Of a stretch of DNA of 64,000 nt, positions 9,052 through 18,177 are shown piece by piece. The translations under genes were made by a program, and so were the position numbers. The DNA lies in NCBI GenBank assembly GCA_965223855.1, contig CBDCXM010000009.1:2720001-2784000 (forward strand), read 5' to 3'. Origin of the DNA: Candidatus Multivoradales bacterium. GTDB lineage: Bacteria; Acidobacteriota; Thermoanaerobaculia; Multivoradales; JAHEKO01. Under the pieces are notes generated by a model. It was not told the origin of the DNA, searched no databases, and saw only the letters and a program-made list of their open reading frames with translations. Numbering within the stretch: the first letter of the stretch is position 1; every line of letters starts with the position of its first letter.

Positions 9052-11661
9052 TCAACCGACGTCCACTGCGTGAGGCTCGACCCCGAGCGCGAGCTCGCCG
9101 TTCTCGACGCCGACGGTGACGGTGTCACCGTCTTCGATCTCGCCGGCGATCAGGGCCCGACCCATGCGGGTTTCGAGTTCGCGCTGCAGATAGCGCTTGA
9201 GTGGCCGCGCCCCGTAGACGGGATCGAAACCGCTGCGGGCGATGAGCTCTCGGGCAGGCTCGGTCAGCTCGAGCTTGATGCCGCGGGCGGCGAGCCGGTC
9301 GCGAAGGTCGGTCACCATGAGCTCGACGATCTGTTCGATCTCTTCGAGCGTCAGCGGCTTGAAGAGCACGGTCTCGTCGATGCGGTTCAAGAACTCCGGT
9401 CGGAACTGGCGCCGCAGCTCCTCGAAGACCGCGTCACGCGCGTTCTCCGAGATCTCGCCGTCGGTGCCGACACCGTCGAGCAGGTACTGCGACCCGAGAT
9501 TCGAGGTCAGGATGAGCACCGTGTTCTTGAAGTCGACCGTGCGTCCCTGAGAGTCGGTCACTCGGCCGTCGTCGAGGATCTGCAGCAGCACGTTGAAGGC
9601 GTCGGGATGGGCCTTCTCGACCTCGTCGAAGAGGACCACCGAGTAAGGCTTGCGACGCACGGCTTCGGTGAGCTGGCCGCCGTCTTCGTAGCCGACGTAG
9701 CCGGGAGGCGCGCCGATCAGTCGCGCCACCGCGTGGCGCTCCATGTACTCGCTCATGTCGATGCGGACGATGTTGTCCTCGGAGTCGAAGAGGGAGGCCG
9801 CGAGCGTGCGGGCGAGCTCCGTCTTGCCGACCCCGGTCGGGCCGAGGAACAGGAACGACCCGATCGGCCGTCGCGGATCCTTGATACCGCTGCGGGCGCG
9901 GAGCACCGCATCGGCGACCAGGCCGACCGCTTCGTCCTGCCCGATGACCCGGCGGTGGAGGATCTCGTCGAGACGCAGCAGCTTGTCGCGCTCGTCCTCG
10001 ACCAACCGCTGCACCGGGATGCCGGTCCAGCGCGAGACGATCTCGCCGACCTCGTCCGCCGTCACCTCTTCGCGCAGCAGCCGCTCGCCCTCCTCGATGG
10101 CCTTCTCGCGCTCGGCGAGTTCCGCCTCGAGTTCGGGAAGGCGGCCGTGTCGCAGCTCGGCAGCGCGGTTGAGGTCGTAGTCCCGCTCCGCCACCTCGAC
10201 CTCCTGGCGGAGGCCCTCGATCTCGCTGCGCAGTTCCCGCACATGCTCGATCGCCTCCTTCTCGGCGTCCCACTGGGCGCGCATCGCGTCGGCGGCCGCC
10301 TTGAGGTCTCCGAGCTCGCGTCGCAGGTCGGCGAGACGTTCCTTCGACGCTCGTCCCTTCTCCTGCTTGAGCGCCGCCTCTTCGATCTCGAGGCGCATCA
10401 CCTTGCGGGTCGCCTCGTCGAGATCGGCGGGCATGGAGTCGATCTCCGTTCGCACCATCGCGCAACCCTCGTCGATCAGGTCGATCGCCTTGTCCGGAAG
10501 GAAGCGGTCGCTGATGTAGCGGTCCGAGAGCTCGGCCGCCGCGACCAGCGCATCGTCGGCGATCTTGACGCCGTGATGGACCTCGAAGCGCTCCCGCAGA
10601 CCGCGCAGGATCGAGATCGTGTCCTCGACGGTCGACGGATCGACCTGGACCGGCTGGAACCTCCGCTCGAGGGCGGCGTCCTTCTCGATGTAGCGCCGGT
10701 ACTCGTCGAGCGTCGTGGCGCCGATGCAGTGGAGCTCGCCGCGCGCCAGCATCGGCTTGAGCAGGTTGCCGGCGTCGGTCGAGCCCTCGGTGCGACCGGC
10801 GCCGACGATGTTGTGGAGCTCGTCGACGAAGAGCAGGATCCGCCCTTCGCTCTCCTTGATCTCACCGAGCACCGCCTTGAGCCGCTCCTCGAACTCGCCG
10901 CGGTACTTGGCGCCGGCAAGGAGCGCTCCGAGATCGAGCGAGTAGACCGATCGATCCCGCAGCCACTCCGGCACGTCGCCGCGCACGATGCGCTGCGCCA
11001 GCCCCTCGGCGATGGCGGTCTTGCCGACCCCCGGCTCGCCGATGAGGACCGGGTTGTTCTTGGTCTTGCGCGAGAGGATGCGGATCACCCGCCTGATCTC
11101 GGCGTCGCGGCCGATGATCGGGTCGAGCTTGCCCGCCCGCGCCTGGGCGACCAGATCGACACCGTACTTGTCGAGCGCCTCGTAGGCGCCTTCCGGTGTG
11201 GCGCTGACGACCCGCTGGCCGCCGCGCACCTCCTGCAGGGCGCCGAGGAGCGTCGGCTTGTCGACGCCCTCAGCCGCGAGGAGCTTCGCCGCCCCGCCTT
11301 CGTCGGCCATCGACAGGAGCAGATGCTCGATCGAGACGTACTCGTCCTTCAGGCGGCCAGCCTCTTTGGACGCCTGCGACAGGACCTTCTGCAGCCGCGG
11401 CGAGATGTAGATCTTCCCGGCTTCGACACCCGATCCGGAGACGCTGGGTCGCCGGGCGAGTTCCTCCTCGACTGCGGCGGTGAGGGAGGCAACCTCCGCT
11501 CCCGCGCGTTCGAGCAAGCGGGGAGCCAGGCCGCCCTCCTGAGTGAGAAGAGAGTGGAGCAGGTGCTCGACGTCGACTTCCTGCGTGCCGCGATCGAGCG
11601 CGGACTGCTGCGCGGCGGCGAGCGCCTCCTGGGACTTGTTGGTGAGTTTGTTGAGGTCCAT
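9052..11661 (-). CDS. clpB: ATP-dependent disaggregase ClpB
   Basis: Two Walker A motifs ([16 protein letters not shown]), middle coiled coil, GAPPGYVGY and GARPL. Confidence 0.97.
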   Translation of the reverse strand: MDLNKLTNKSQEALAAAQQSALDRGTQEVDVEHLLHSLLTQEGGLAPRLLERAGAEVASLTAAVEEELARRPSVSGSGVEAGKIYISPRLQKVLSQASKEAGRLKDEYVSIEHLLLSMADEGGAAKLLAAEGVDKPTLLGALQEVRGGQRVVSATPEGAYEALDKYGVDLVAQARAGKLDPIIGRDAEIRRVIRILSRKTKNNPVLIGEPGVGKTAIAEGLAQRIVRGDVPEWLRDRSVYSLDLGALLAGAKYRGEFEERLKAVLGEIKESEGRILLFVDELHNIVGAGRTEGSTDAGNLLKPMLARGELHCIGATTLDEYRRYIEKDAALERRFQPVQVDPSTVEDTISILRGLRERFEVHHGVKIADDALVAAAELSDRYISDRFLPDKAIDLIDEGCAMVRTEIDSMPADLDEATRKVMRLEIEEAALKQEKGRASKERLADLRRELGDLKAAADAMRAQWDAEKEAIEHVRELRSEIEGLRQEVEVAERDYDLNRAAELRHGRLPELEAELAEREKAIEEGERLLREEVTADEVGEIVSRWTGIPVQRLVEDERDKLLRLDEILHRRVIGQDEAVGLVADAVLRARSGIKDPRRPIGSFLFLGPTGVGKTELARTLAASLFDSEDNIVRIDMSEYMERHAVARLIGAPPGYVGYEDGGQLTEAVRRKPYSVVLFDEVEKAHPDAFNVLLQILDDGRVTDSQGRTVDFKNTVLILTSNLGSQYLLDGVGTDGEISENARDAVFEELRRQFRPEFLNRIDETVLFKPLTLEEIEQIVELMVTDLRDRLAARGIKLELTEPARELIARSGFDPVYGARPLKRYLQRELETRMGRALIAGEIEDGDTVTVGVENGELALGVEPHAVDVG

Positions 11662-11674
11662 CGTGGCCCTCCTT

Positions 11675-12634
11675 CTATGTCGATCCCTCCGAGCGTGGTG
11701 CGAAGTCGGACAGCTCGGAGAGTTGTTGGTAGAGCGCGCGCTCCTCGTCGCTGATGTCGCTCGGGAGCACGACACGGATCTCGGCGATCAGATCCCCGGC
11801 GGTCTCGGGCCCGGTCGGGAACCCCTTGCCGCGCAGACGGATCTTGCGCCCGGTGGAAGAGCCCGGCGGGATCCGGACCTTGACCGGTCCCTCGAGCGTC
11901 TCGACCTCTGCTTCGGTGCCGAGTGCCGCCTCCCATGGTGCGACCCTGAGCTCGGTCGTGAGCCTGTCGCCGTCGAGAGAGAGGCGTGGGTGGGGCAGAA
12001 CGTCGATTTTGAGGTAGAGATCGCCGCGTGCCCCCTGAGCGTTGCCTCCCCCCTGGCCGGCGAGTCGGATCCGCTGCCCGGTACGCACGCCGCGGGGCAG
12101 GCGGACCCGCAGCTTCTTTGCGCGGCCGGTCGTGGGGTCGTTGATCGAAAGCTCCCGCGAGCCGCCCCGGGCAGCCTGATCGAGTGAGAGCGAGATGGCC
12201 GCCTCGTGGTCCGCCGCCGGTGCGGCCTGCGAGGCTCCGCTCCATTGCCACCCGGCGCCGCCGGCGTCGCCGCCGAAGAGCATCTCGAAGAAGGAGCTGA
12301 AGCCGCCCCCACCTGAGCCGCCGAAGCCGCCGGCCGAGCGTGCCCCTCCTGCGCCGCCGAAGGACGAGAAGATGTCCTCGAAGCCCGGAGGTGGGGCGCC
12401 GGTCGACTGCGCCTGCTTCCAGGCCGAGCCGAACTGGTCGTACTTGGCCCTCTTCTTCTTGTCCTTCAGGACTTCGTACGCCTCGGTGATCTCCTTGAAG
12501 CGCGCGTCCGCCTCGGGCGTCTTGTTGACGTCCGGGTGGTACTTGCGAGCGAGCTTTCGGTAGGCCTTCTGGATCTCACTGCGATCCGCCTTCCGATCGA
12601 CCCCGAGAGTCTTGTAGTAGTCCTGATAGTCCAA
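11675..12634 (-). CDS. cbpA: DnaJ class B co-chaperone (CbpA-like, no zinc finger)
   Basis: J-domain with HPD, G/F-rich linker and DnaJ_C domain; TTG start. Confidence 0.88.
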   Translation of the reverse strand: MDYQDYYKTLGVDRKADRSEIQKAYRKLARKYHPDVNKTPEADARFKEITEAYEVLKDKKKRAKYDQFGSAWKQAQSTGAPPPGFEDIFSSFGGAGGARSAGGFGGSGGGGFSSFFEMLFGGDAGGAGWQWSGASQAAPAADHEAAISLSLDQAARGGSRELSINDPTTGRAKKLRVRLPRGVRTGQRIRLAGQGGGNAQGARGDLYLKIDVLPHPRLSLDGDRLTTELRVAPWEAALGTEAEVETLEGPVKVRIPPGSSTGRKIRLRGKGFPTGPETAGDLIAEIRVVLPSDISDEERALYQQLSELSDFAPRSEGST

Positions 12635-12696
12635 GGGTGGGAGCCCTCCTCACGTGCCCTGAACGGCCGGGTGGCCGCCCATCTTCATCGTGTGAA

Positions 12697-12748
12697 ATCT
12701 TAGCAGATAAGACTTAGATGTCAAGATCTGCCATTTCAACACTAAGAT
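12697..12748 (-). promoter_or_regulatory. Sigma70 promoter of cbpA-clpB overlapped by two HAIR-like palindromes
   Basis: Minus strand reads TTGACA (12724-12719), 16 bp, then TAAGAT preceded by TGc. Sites ATCTTAGCA-N5-GACTTAGAT (12697-12719) and ATCTGCCAT-N5-CACTAAGAT (12726-12748). Confidence 0.7.
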
Positions 12749-12844
12749 TTCTCCGGGCCTCCTGGTAAGGAGGTCTCGAGGGCCGTTGTGGTCTACCGAT
12801 TTCGGCCTGGGAAGTCCGCCCTCAGGATCCGACGGGGAGGCGGC

Positions 12845-13096
12845 TCAGGGGGCGTCGAGGCCGAACGCTTCGTAGTTGCGGGCGATCCACTCGTGCCAGC
12901 GTCGAGGAACGGCATTCTCGGCATAGATCGCCTGCACCGGGCAGACTCTGACGCAGAGCTCGCAATCGATGCAGACGGACGGATCGATCAGCAGCGTCTC
13001 CCAGTCGTCGTGCTCGTGAATGCAGTCGACCGGACAGACCTCCGTGCAGGAGCGGTCCTTCATGTCCATGCAAGGCTCGGTGATGATGAACGTCAT
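12845..13096 (-). CDS. 7Fe-type (FdxA-like) ferredoxin
   Basis: MTFIITEPC..KDRSCTEVCPVDCI..IDPSVCIDCELCVRVCPVQAIY; ATGA overlap with the thiO stop. Confidence 0.92.
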   Translation of the reverse strand: MTFIITEPCMDMKDRSCTEVCPVDCIHEHDDWETLLIDPSVCIDCELCVRVCPVQAIYAENAVPRRWHEWIARNYEAFGLDAP

Positions 13097-14202
13097 GCCG
13101 AGGGCTCGGCGAAGCGATCGGCACAGAAGGCGGGGTCCGGTCTCCAGGTGCGGTCGATCCACCAGTGCCGGCAGCATTCAGCCGTCCACGGTGCCAGGAG
13201 GACTCCGTCGCGGTGATGGCCGGTGGCGAGGAAGAGGCGGCTGTCGCGCCACGGCCCGACGAGTGGGAAGCCGTCTGCGGTCGCCGGGCGCAGACCGGAC
13301 CACGTTCGAGCCGGATCGCGGTCGGCGAAGCGCGGGAAGGCGGCGCCGAAGGCCCCGGTCAGGATTCCGATCCCTTCGGCGGTCGTTCGATCGTCGAAGC
13401 CGGCCTCCTCGACCGTGGCGCCGAAGAGGACGCCCGCGTCGCCCCTTCGGACCGCGTAGTGGTTGCCGATCCGCAGCATTCCCCTCCACGGCCACGAGGC
13501 GTCCGTGTGTCGAAGCATCTGGCCCCGAACCGGGCGCACCTCCACCGGCCTCACTCCGTCGATGGTGCCGCTCCAGGCGCCGACGGCCATCACAGCGGCC
13601 GCCGAGCGGAAGGTGCCGTCGCTGGTCGCTACCTTCACTTCGTCGTCGCCGGTGGTGATCTCCAGGGCGGTGACGCCGCTTCTCCTCTCGACCCCGGCCA
13701 GGTCGCAGGCCTTCTCGAGCGCGGCGACCGCCTGCACGTTGTCGACTCTCGATTCGCCGGGAAGGTGAACGGCGCGCCGGATGTCCGTGCGCAGGTCGGG
13801 TACCTGCCGGAGGACCTCGGCCGGATCGACCTCCTTCGAGGGCTCGCCGAGTCTCTTCGCCATGGCGAGGACACCTTCGAGAGTCTCCTCCTGAGAGTCG
13901 TCTGCCGCCACGACGAAGGCGCCGCTGTCGTCCACCTCGATAGGCTCACCCGATTCGGCGAGGATCGCAGCGCGCCACTCGGGCCACAGCGAGCGGGAGC
14001 GGAAGCATGCCTCGGCGAGTGGACCGGGTTCGAGAGAGTGGGAGAGCGGGGCGAGCAGTCCGGCGGCCGCCAGCGAGGCCCGGCGGCGTGCCGGGCCGGC
14101 GTCGACGACGAGGACCCGTGCTCCCTGGGAGCGGAGCTCCCGAGCGCAGGAGAGGCCGATCAGGCCGGCGCCGAGCACCAGCGCGTCGGGTGGCGACGTC
14201 AT
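13093..14202 (-). CDS. thiO: Glycine oxidase ThiO-like FAD oxidoreductase
   Basis: GAGLIG, ASLAAAGLLAP, PVRGQ, WSGLRP and TGHHRDGVLLAP. Confidence 0.85.
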   Translation of the reverse strand: MTSPPDALVLGAGLIGLSCARELRSQGARVLVVDAGPARRRASLAAAGLLAPLSHSLEPGPLAEACFRSRSLWPEWRAAILAESGEPIEVDDSGAFVVAADDSQEETLEGVLAMAKRLGEPSKEVDPAEVLRQVPDLRTDIRRAVHLPGESRVDNVQAVAALEKACDLAGVERRSGVTALEITTGDDEVKVATSDGTFRSAAAVMAVGAWSGTIDGVRPVEVRPVRGQMLRHTDASWPWRGMLRIGNHYAVRRGDAGVLFGATVEEAGFDDRTTAEGIGILTGAFGAAFPRFADRDPARTWSGLRPATADGFPLVGPWRDSRLFLATGHHRDGVLLAPWTAECCRHWWIDRTWRPDPAFCADRFAEPSA

Positions 14203-14242
14203 CGGCGCGTTCTACCACAGGGCTGAGGAGCGAGCATGTTGA

Positions 14243-14316
14243 TGCCGCGCTGCGGAAACTCTGGACATTTTTGCCGCAGTGCGGTATAAATTGGGTGTCG
14301 TCGCCGCGCAGCGGCA
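14243..14316 (+). promoter_or_regulatory. phaR promoter with three TGCCGC-N3-GCGGCA-type palindromes
   Basis: TGGACA (14262), 17 bp, TATAAA (14285). Palindrome copies start at 14243, 14272 and 14302. Confidence 0.7.
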
Positions 14317-14353
14317 TTTCGAGACGACACGAACCGTGCCCGGAGGAGTTTCC

Positions 14354-14863
14354 ATGGCAAGAGTCATCAAGCGCTACGAGAGCCGCAAGCTCTACGACAC
14401 CCAGGACAGTCGCTATGTCTCGCTCGACGAGATCGCCGACTGGGTGCGCGAGGGGCAGGAGGTCCAGGTCGTCGACAACGCGAGCGACGAGGACGTCACG
14501 ACCCAGACGCTCACCCAGGTGATCCTCGAAGAGGGGCGAAACGGCAAGACCCGCTTGCCCTCCGAACTCCTGCACGAGCTCGTGAGGTTCGGTTCGCAGG
14601 CCTTCTCGTCCGGAGTCGGTCATGTACAGCAGGGAGTCGATCGCCTGGTCCGCTCCTCGATGGAGCGGCTGGCTCCGGTGCGCGAGGCACGCGAGGAGAT
14701 GTCGACTCTGAGAGAGCGTCTCGAAGAGTTGGAGACGTCGCTCCAGAAGCTCGAGTCGGGAGGGGAGGCGGCGCCGAAGTCGGCACGCAAGCGTGCGGCA
14801 AAGAAGGGTACCGGCGCGAAGAAGACCGCTCGCAAGACGACCGGAGGCCGCAAGAAGGCCTGA
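14354..14863 (+). CDS. phaR: PHA synthesis regulator PhaR-like protein with Lys/Ala-rich tail
   Basis: N-terminal IKRYESRKLYDT..YVSL..DVTTQTLTQVILE (PHB accumulation DNA-binding domain); GGAGGAG RBS. Confidence 0.85.
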   Translation: MARVIKRYESRKLYDTQDSRYVSLDEIADWVREGQEVQVVDNASDEDVTTQTLTQVILEEGRNGKTRLPSELLHELVRFGSQAFSSGVGHVQQGVDRLVRSSMERLAPVREAREEMSTLRERLEELETSLQKLESGGEAAPKSARKRAAKKGTGAKKTARKTTGGRKKA

Positions 14864-14979
14864 GCCCTCATTTCAATGACCCCGCGCGGGTTCGACGTGA
14901 GCCCGCCGCTTCGAATCGCAAGCTGATTCACCCACCGTTCACGACCACGATGCGTGGTTCCATTCCAGGAGAGAAAAAC

Positions 14980-15420
14980 ATGGCCAACAACAGCCAAACC
15001 AAGGAATTCGCCACTGACCTCAAGCAGTCGGCCCACAAGATCTGGCTCGCCGGCCTCGGTGCCGTCTCGGTTGCCGAGGAGGAGGGCTCGCGCTTCTTCA
15101 AGAATCTCGTCCAGAAGGGCGAGAAGTTCGAGAGCCGCCGGCGCAAGGACGTCGAGAAGGCGGTCGAGCGCGTGAAGGACGGCGTCGAGGAGGTCAAGGA
15201 GGGCGTCGAGAGCCGTTGGAATCGCCTCGGCGACTCGTTCGACCGCAAGGTCGGTCGCGCCATCGAGCGTCTCGGCGTGCCGAGCCGCGAGGAGATCCAC
15301 AAGCTGACCCAGAGAGTGGAGGACCTCACCCGCAAGCTCGAGTCGGCGCAGCCCAAGCGTTCGACCCGTAAGCCGGCAGCGCGCAAGACGGCCCGCAAGA
15401 CCGCTCGCAAGAGCGCCTGA
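14980..15420 (+). CDS. Phasin (PhaF/PhaI-type granule-associated protein)
   Basis: HKIWLAGLGA, FKNLVQKGE, RLGVPSREEI and an ARKT-repeat tail. Confidence 0.88.
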   Translation: MANNSQTKEFATDLKQSAHKIWLAGLGAVSVAEEEGSRFFKNLVQKGEKFESRRRKDVEKAVERVKDGVEEVKEGVESRWNRLGDSFDRKVGRAIERLGVPSREEIHKLTQRVEDLTRKLESAQPKRSTRKPAARKTARKTARKSA

Positions 15421-15434
15421 CGACCGGGCCGACC

Positions 15435-16652
15435 GTGACCGTCTCTTCCAGGCCCGCGGCGCCCAGGTCGACCGAGGTCGGCCTGGCGCTCGCCGGGGGG
15501 GGACCGCAGGGTGCGATCTACGAGATCGGTGCCCTGCGGGCTCTCGAAGAGGCGGTCGACGGTCTCGATCTGACCGACATCGGGGTCTACGTCGGGGTCA
15601 GCGCCGGCGCGTTCGTCGGCGCCAACCTCGCCAACGGGCTGACGACCGCGCAGATGTGCCGCGCGATCGTCAAGCAGGAGCCGGGCGAGCACCCCTTCGT
15701 GCCCTCGACCTTCTTCACGCTGGCGCGCAGGGAGTTCGGCAAGCGTCTGCGAAGCGTTCCCCGCCTGCTCGGGGATGCGTTCGACGAGCTTCGCCGCGGG
15801 CCGCTCGAAACTCCCGTCAGCGGTGTGCTGGCGCGGTTGGTCCGGGCGCTGCCGGTCGGTGTCTTCGACAACGAGCCGATCCGCCGCTACCTGGCCGAGA
15901 TCTACTCGATCAAGGGGCGCACCGACGACTTCCGCGAACTCGATGCCGAGCTCGTGATCATCGCCTCGGATCTCGATTCAGGCGCGATCGCGCGTTTCGG
16001 CGACCCGCCGCTCGACCATGTGCCGATCTCGAAGGCGGTCCAGGCCAGCGGCGCCCTGCCGGGGCTCTATCCGCCGGTCGAGATCGACGGCCGCCACTAC
16101 GTCGACGGCGTGCTCCGCAAGACCCTCCACGCCTCGATCGCGATCGATCGCGGTGCCGGGCTTCTGATCGGGCTCAACCCGCTGGTGCCGATCGATACCG
16201 CGCAGAGTGTCGAGCGCGGCATCATGCGCCGTGGCCGCCTGGTCGATCGCGGTCTCGTGTCCGTGCTTTCGCAGAGCCTGCGGACGCTGATCCACTCCCG
16301 CATGCAGGTCGGGCTCGACGCCTACGAGAAGCGCTACGGCGATACCGACCTCCTGCTGCTCGAGCCGTCGAGCGACGACTACAGGATGTTCTTCACCAAC
16401 ATCTTCAGCTTCTCGCAGCGCAAAGCGGTCTGTGAGCACGCCTACGCTTCGACCCGCCGGCAGCTGCTCGACCGTTTCGACGACTGGGCGCCGATGCTCG
16501 AACGGCACGGCCTGACACTCGACCGGGACGTGCTGGAGGCTCCCCTGACGCTGTGGGACGGCGTCGATCGTCCTCGCCGCGACACCAGGGCGGTCCTCGA
16601 CGAGCTCGGCACGGCGCTGGACCGGCTCGACGCACTGCTCGCCGACGGCTGA
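15435..16652 (+). CDS. Patatin-like phospholipase
   Basis: LAGGGPQG, GVSAG nucleophile motif and YVDG. Confidence 0.9.
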   Translation: MTVSSRPAAPRSTEVGLALAGGGPQGAIYEIGALRALEEAVDGLDLTDIGVYVGVSAGAFVGANLANGLTTAQMCRAIVKQEPGEHPFVPSTFFTLARREFGKRLRSVPRLLGDAFDELRRGPLETPVSGVLARLVRALPVGVFDNEPIRRYLAEIYSIKGRTDDFRELDAELVIIASDLDSGAIARFGDPPLDHVPISKAVQASGALPGLYPPVEIDGRHYVDGVLRKTLHASIAIDRGAGLLIGLNPLVPIDTAQSVERGIMRRGRLVDRGLVSVLSQSLRTLIHSRMQVGLDAYEKRYGDTDLLLLEPSSDDYRMFFTNIFSFSQRKAVCEHAYASTRRQLLDRFDDWAPMLERHGLTLDRDVLEAPLTLWDGVDRPRRDTRAVLDELGTALDRLDALLADG

Positions 16653-16968
16653 GCACCGTCGGAAGGTCCGGGACCGAAGGTCTCGCGGCTACTCGGAGCC
16701 CGGCCTCCTCAGCCATCGCCCTGAAGCCGGAGCCCCTGAGCCGGAGCGCGCGGCTGCCCTTCCAGGCAAGGAGGGATCTCGCCTCGCCTGTGCCACTTCC
16801 CGGGCGCTACGCGCCGGCACAACCCGGGGGTCGGACACGCAGACCGCGCTTGCGTCCGAAGGCTCCTTTCCCCTACCTGAAGCCCTTCGCTCCGACCGTC
16901 GGAGAACCCGATCGGTCTCCCGTGACCGGAACTCCCGGCTGCGCTCGAAGCCTGCTCCGCGTCAGGGA

Positions 16969-18177
16969 CTACTCGCCGTCGGAACGCCGGCGCATCGCCT
17001 CGGCGGCCGGCATCGGCGGGCCGTCGAGGTGCCAGTGGAAGCTCCCTTCACGATGCCGTCTCTCGGCTTGCGAGAGTCCCCGGAAACCGTACGGCGGTTT
17101 GCGCCATCGCCGGGCCATCGAGATCAGGAGCCAACCACCCGGCAGGTAGTAGAGCAGCAGATCCCAGTCGCGCAGCCAGGCGAAGAGGCGATTGCGCGCC
17201 GCCGGTCGTTGGCGGTCTCGATCGTGGCTCACGAAGCTCCACACCCATCCCCACGGAAGGCTGCGATGGAGCCGACGCTTCTTCGTGGCATGGGACAGCT
17301 TCCGGCGCAGCAGGCGCCCCTGGTAGGGGCGCCGGCCGTAGCGCTCGACGTAGCGGTCGAGCTCGCTCTGCATCCGGCCCCGGACCTGCTCGGCCGCGGC
17401 GCGTGCTTCCTCGAGAGTCGGCGAGGCCGGCTCCTCGGCAAGTCCGCTACCGAGGACGGAGCGCACATCGATCGGCTCGCCGACGACGTAGATCATCCGA
17501 GCCGGCAGTGCGAGATACCACAGCCAGGGAAAGAGGATCGCCAGCGGCCCTGCGGGGAGGGGCAGGAAGGGCACCCGCGCCACCTTCTTGAGCAGTCGAT
17601 CGATCGGCCTCAAGGTGAAGTTGAAGGGGATCACCCACTCGGCGTTGATGGTGTAGATCGGCACCACCGGTGCATCGTGACGCGCCGCCTGGATGACGAA
17701 GCTGCTCGAGAAGCGTTGCAGCTGGTAGCGGCGCGCGAATCCCTTGCCGATCCCCGGCACCCCCTCCGGGTAGTAGAGCACTCGCTCGCCTCCGGCCAGC
17801 ACGTGATGGAAGTTGTCGAACGTCATGTCGATGCCGCCGCCGCGGCGCCAGAAGTCGTCGATCCCGAACGGCCGCATCCACCACGTAACCGAGAGCTCTT
17901 TCTCGAACACCGGGCGGCAGAGACGCTCGGGTTCGTAGTCGTCGGCGCGCCACAGCACGGCGTCGAGCGCCATCGCATCCCACGGGAAGGCGGTGCCGCT
18001 GTGGTTGCCGGCGAGAATCGCCGGGCCGCGATCGGGGAGACGGCGGCGGCCGATCAGTCGGGGTCGGAAGTAGTGGTCGAGGACCGCCGAGAAGCGGCGC
18101 TCGACGAGATCGCGCAGGTAGTCCGGGTCGAACGGCTCGTAGACGAGTTCGTGTTCGGGCTCGCGGCTCTCAGGCAT
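16969..18177 (-). CDS. Lysophospholipid/glycerol acyltransferase family protein
   Basis: NHSG...WD and YYPEG...KGF motifs. Confidence 0.8.
   Translation of the reverse strand: MPESREPEHELVYEPFDPDYLRDLVERRFSAVLDHYFRPRLIGRRRLPDRGPAILAGNHSGTAFPWDAMALDAVLWRADDYEPERLCRPVFEKELSVTWWMRPFGIDDFWRRGGGIDMTFDNFHHVLAGGERVLYYPEGVPGIGKGFARRYQLQRFSSSFVIQAARHDAPVVPIYTINAEWVIPFNFTLRPIDRLLKKVARVPFLPLPAGPLAILFPWLWYLALPARMIYVVGEPIDVRSVLGSGLAEEPASPTLEEARAAAEQVRGRMQSELDRYVERYGRRPYQGRLLRRKLSHATKKRRLHRSLPWGWVWSFVSHDRDRQRPAARNRLFAWLRDWDLLLYYLPGGWLLISMARRWRKPPYGFRGLSQAERRHREGSFHWHLDGPPMPAAEAMRRRSDGE

Noticed and set aside
8947-11754. 935-aa plus-strand ORF (and similar long ORFs at 18481..20073, 35854..37410, 37874..40123, 48511..50439, 61935..63770)
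   Set aside because: These are antisense shadows of well-supported genes, common in high-GC DNA, and show no motifs.
12697-12751. CIRCE (HrcA) element
   Set aside because: Does not match TTAGCACTC-N9-GAGTGCTAA beyond the first six bases.
16653-16968. Possible ncRNA or small gene between convergent genes
   Set aside because: Only short GC hairpins; no recognisable RNA motif, and the overlapping ORF is low-complexity.
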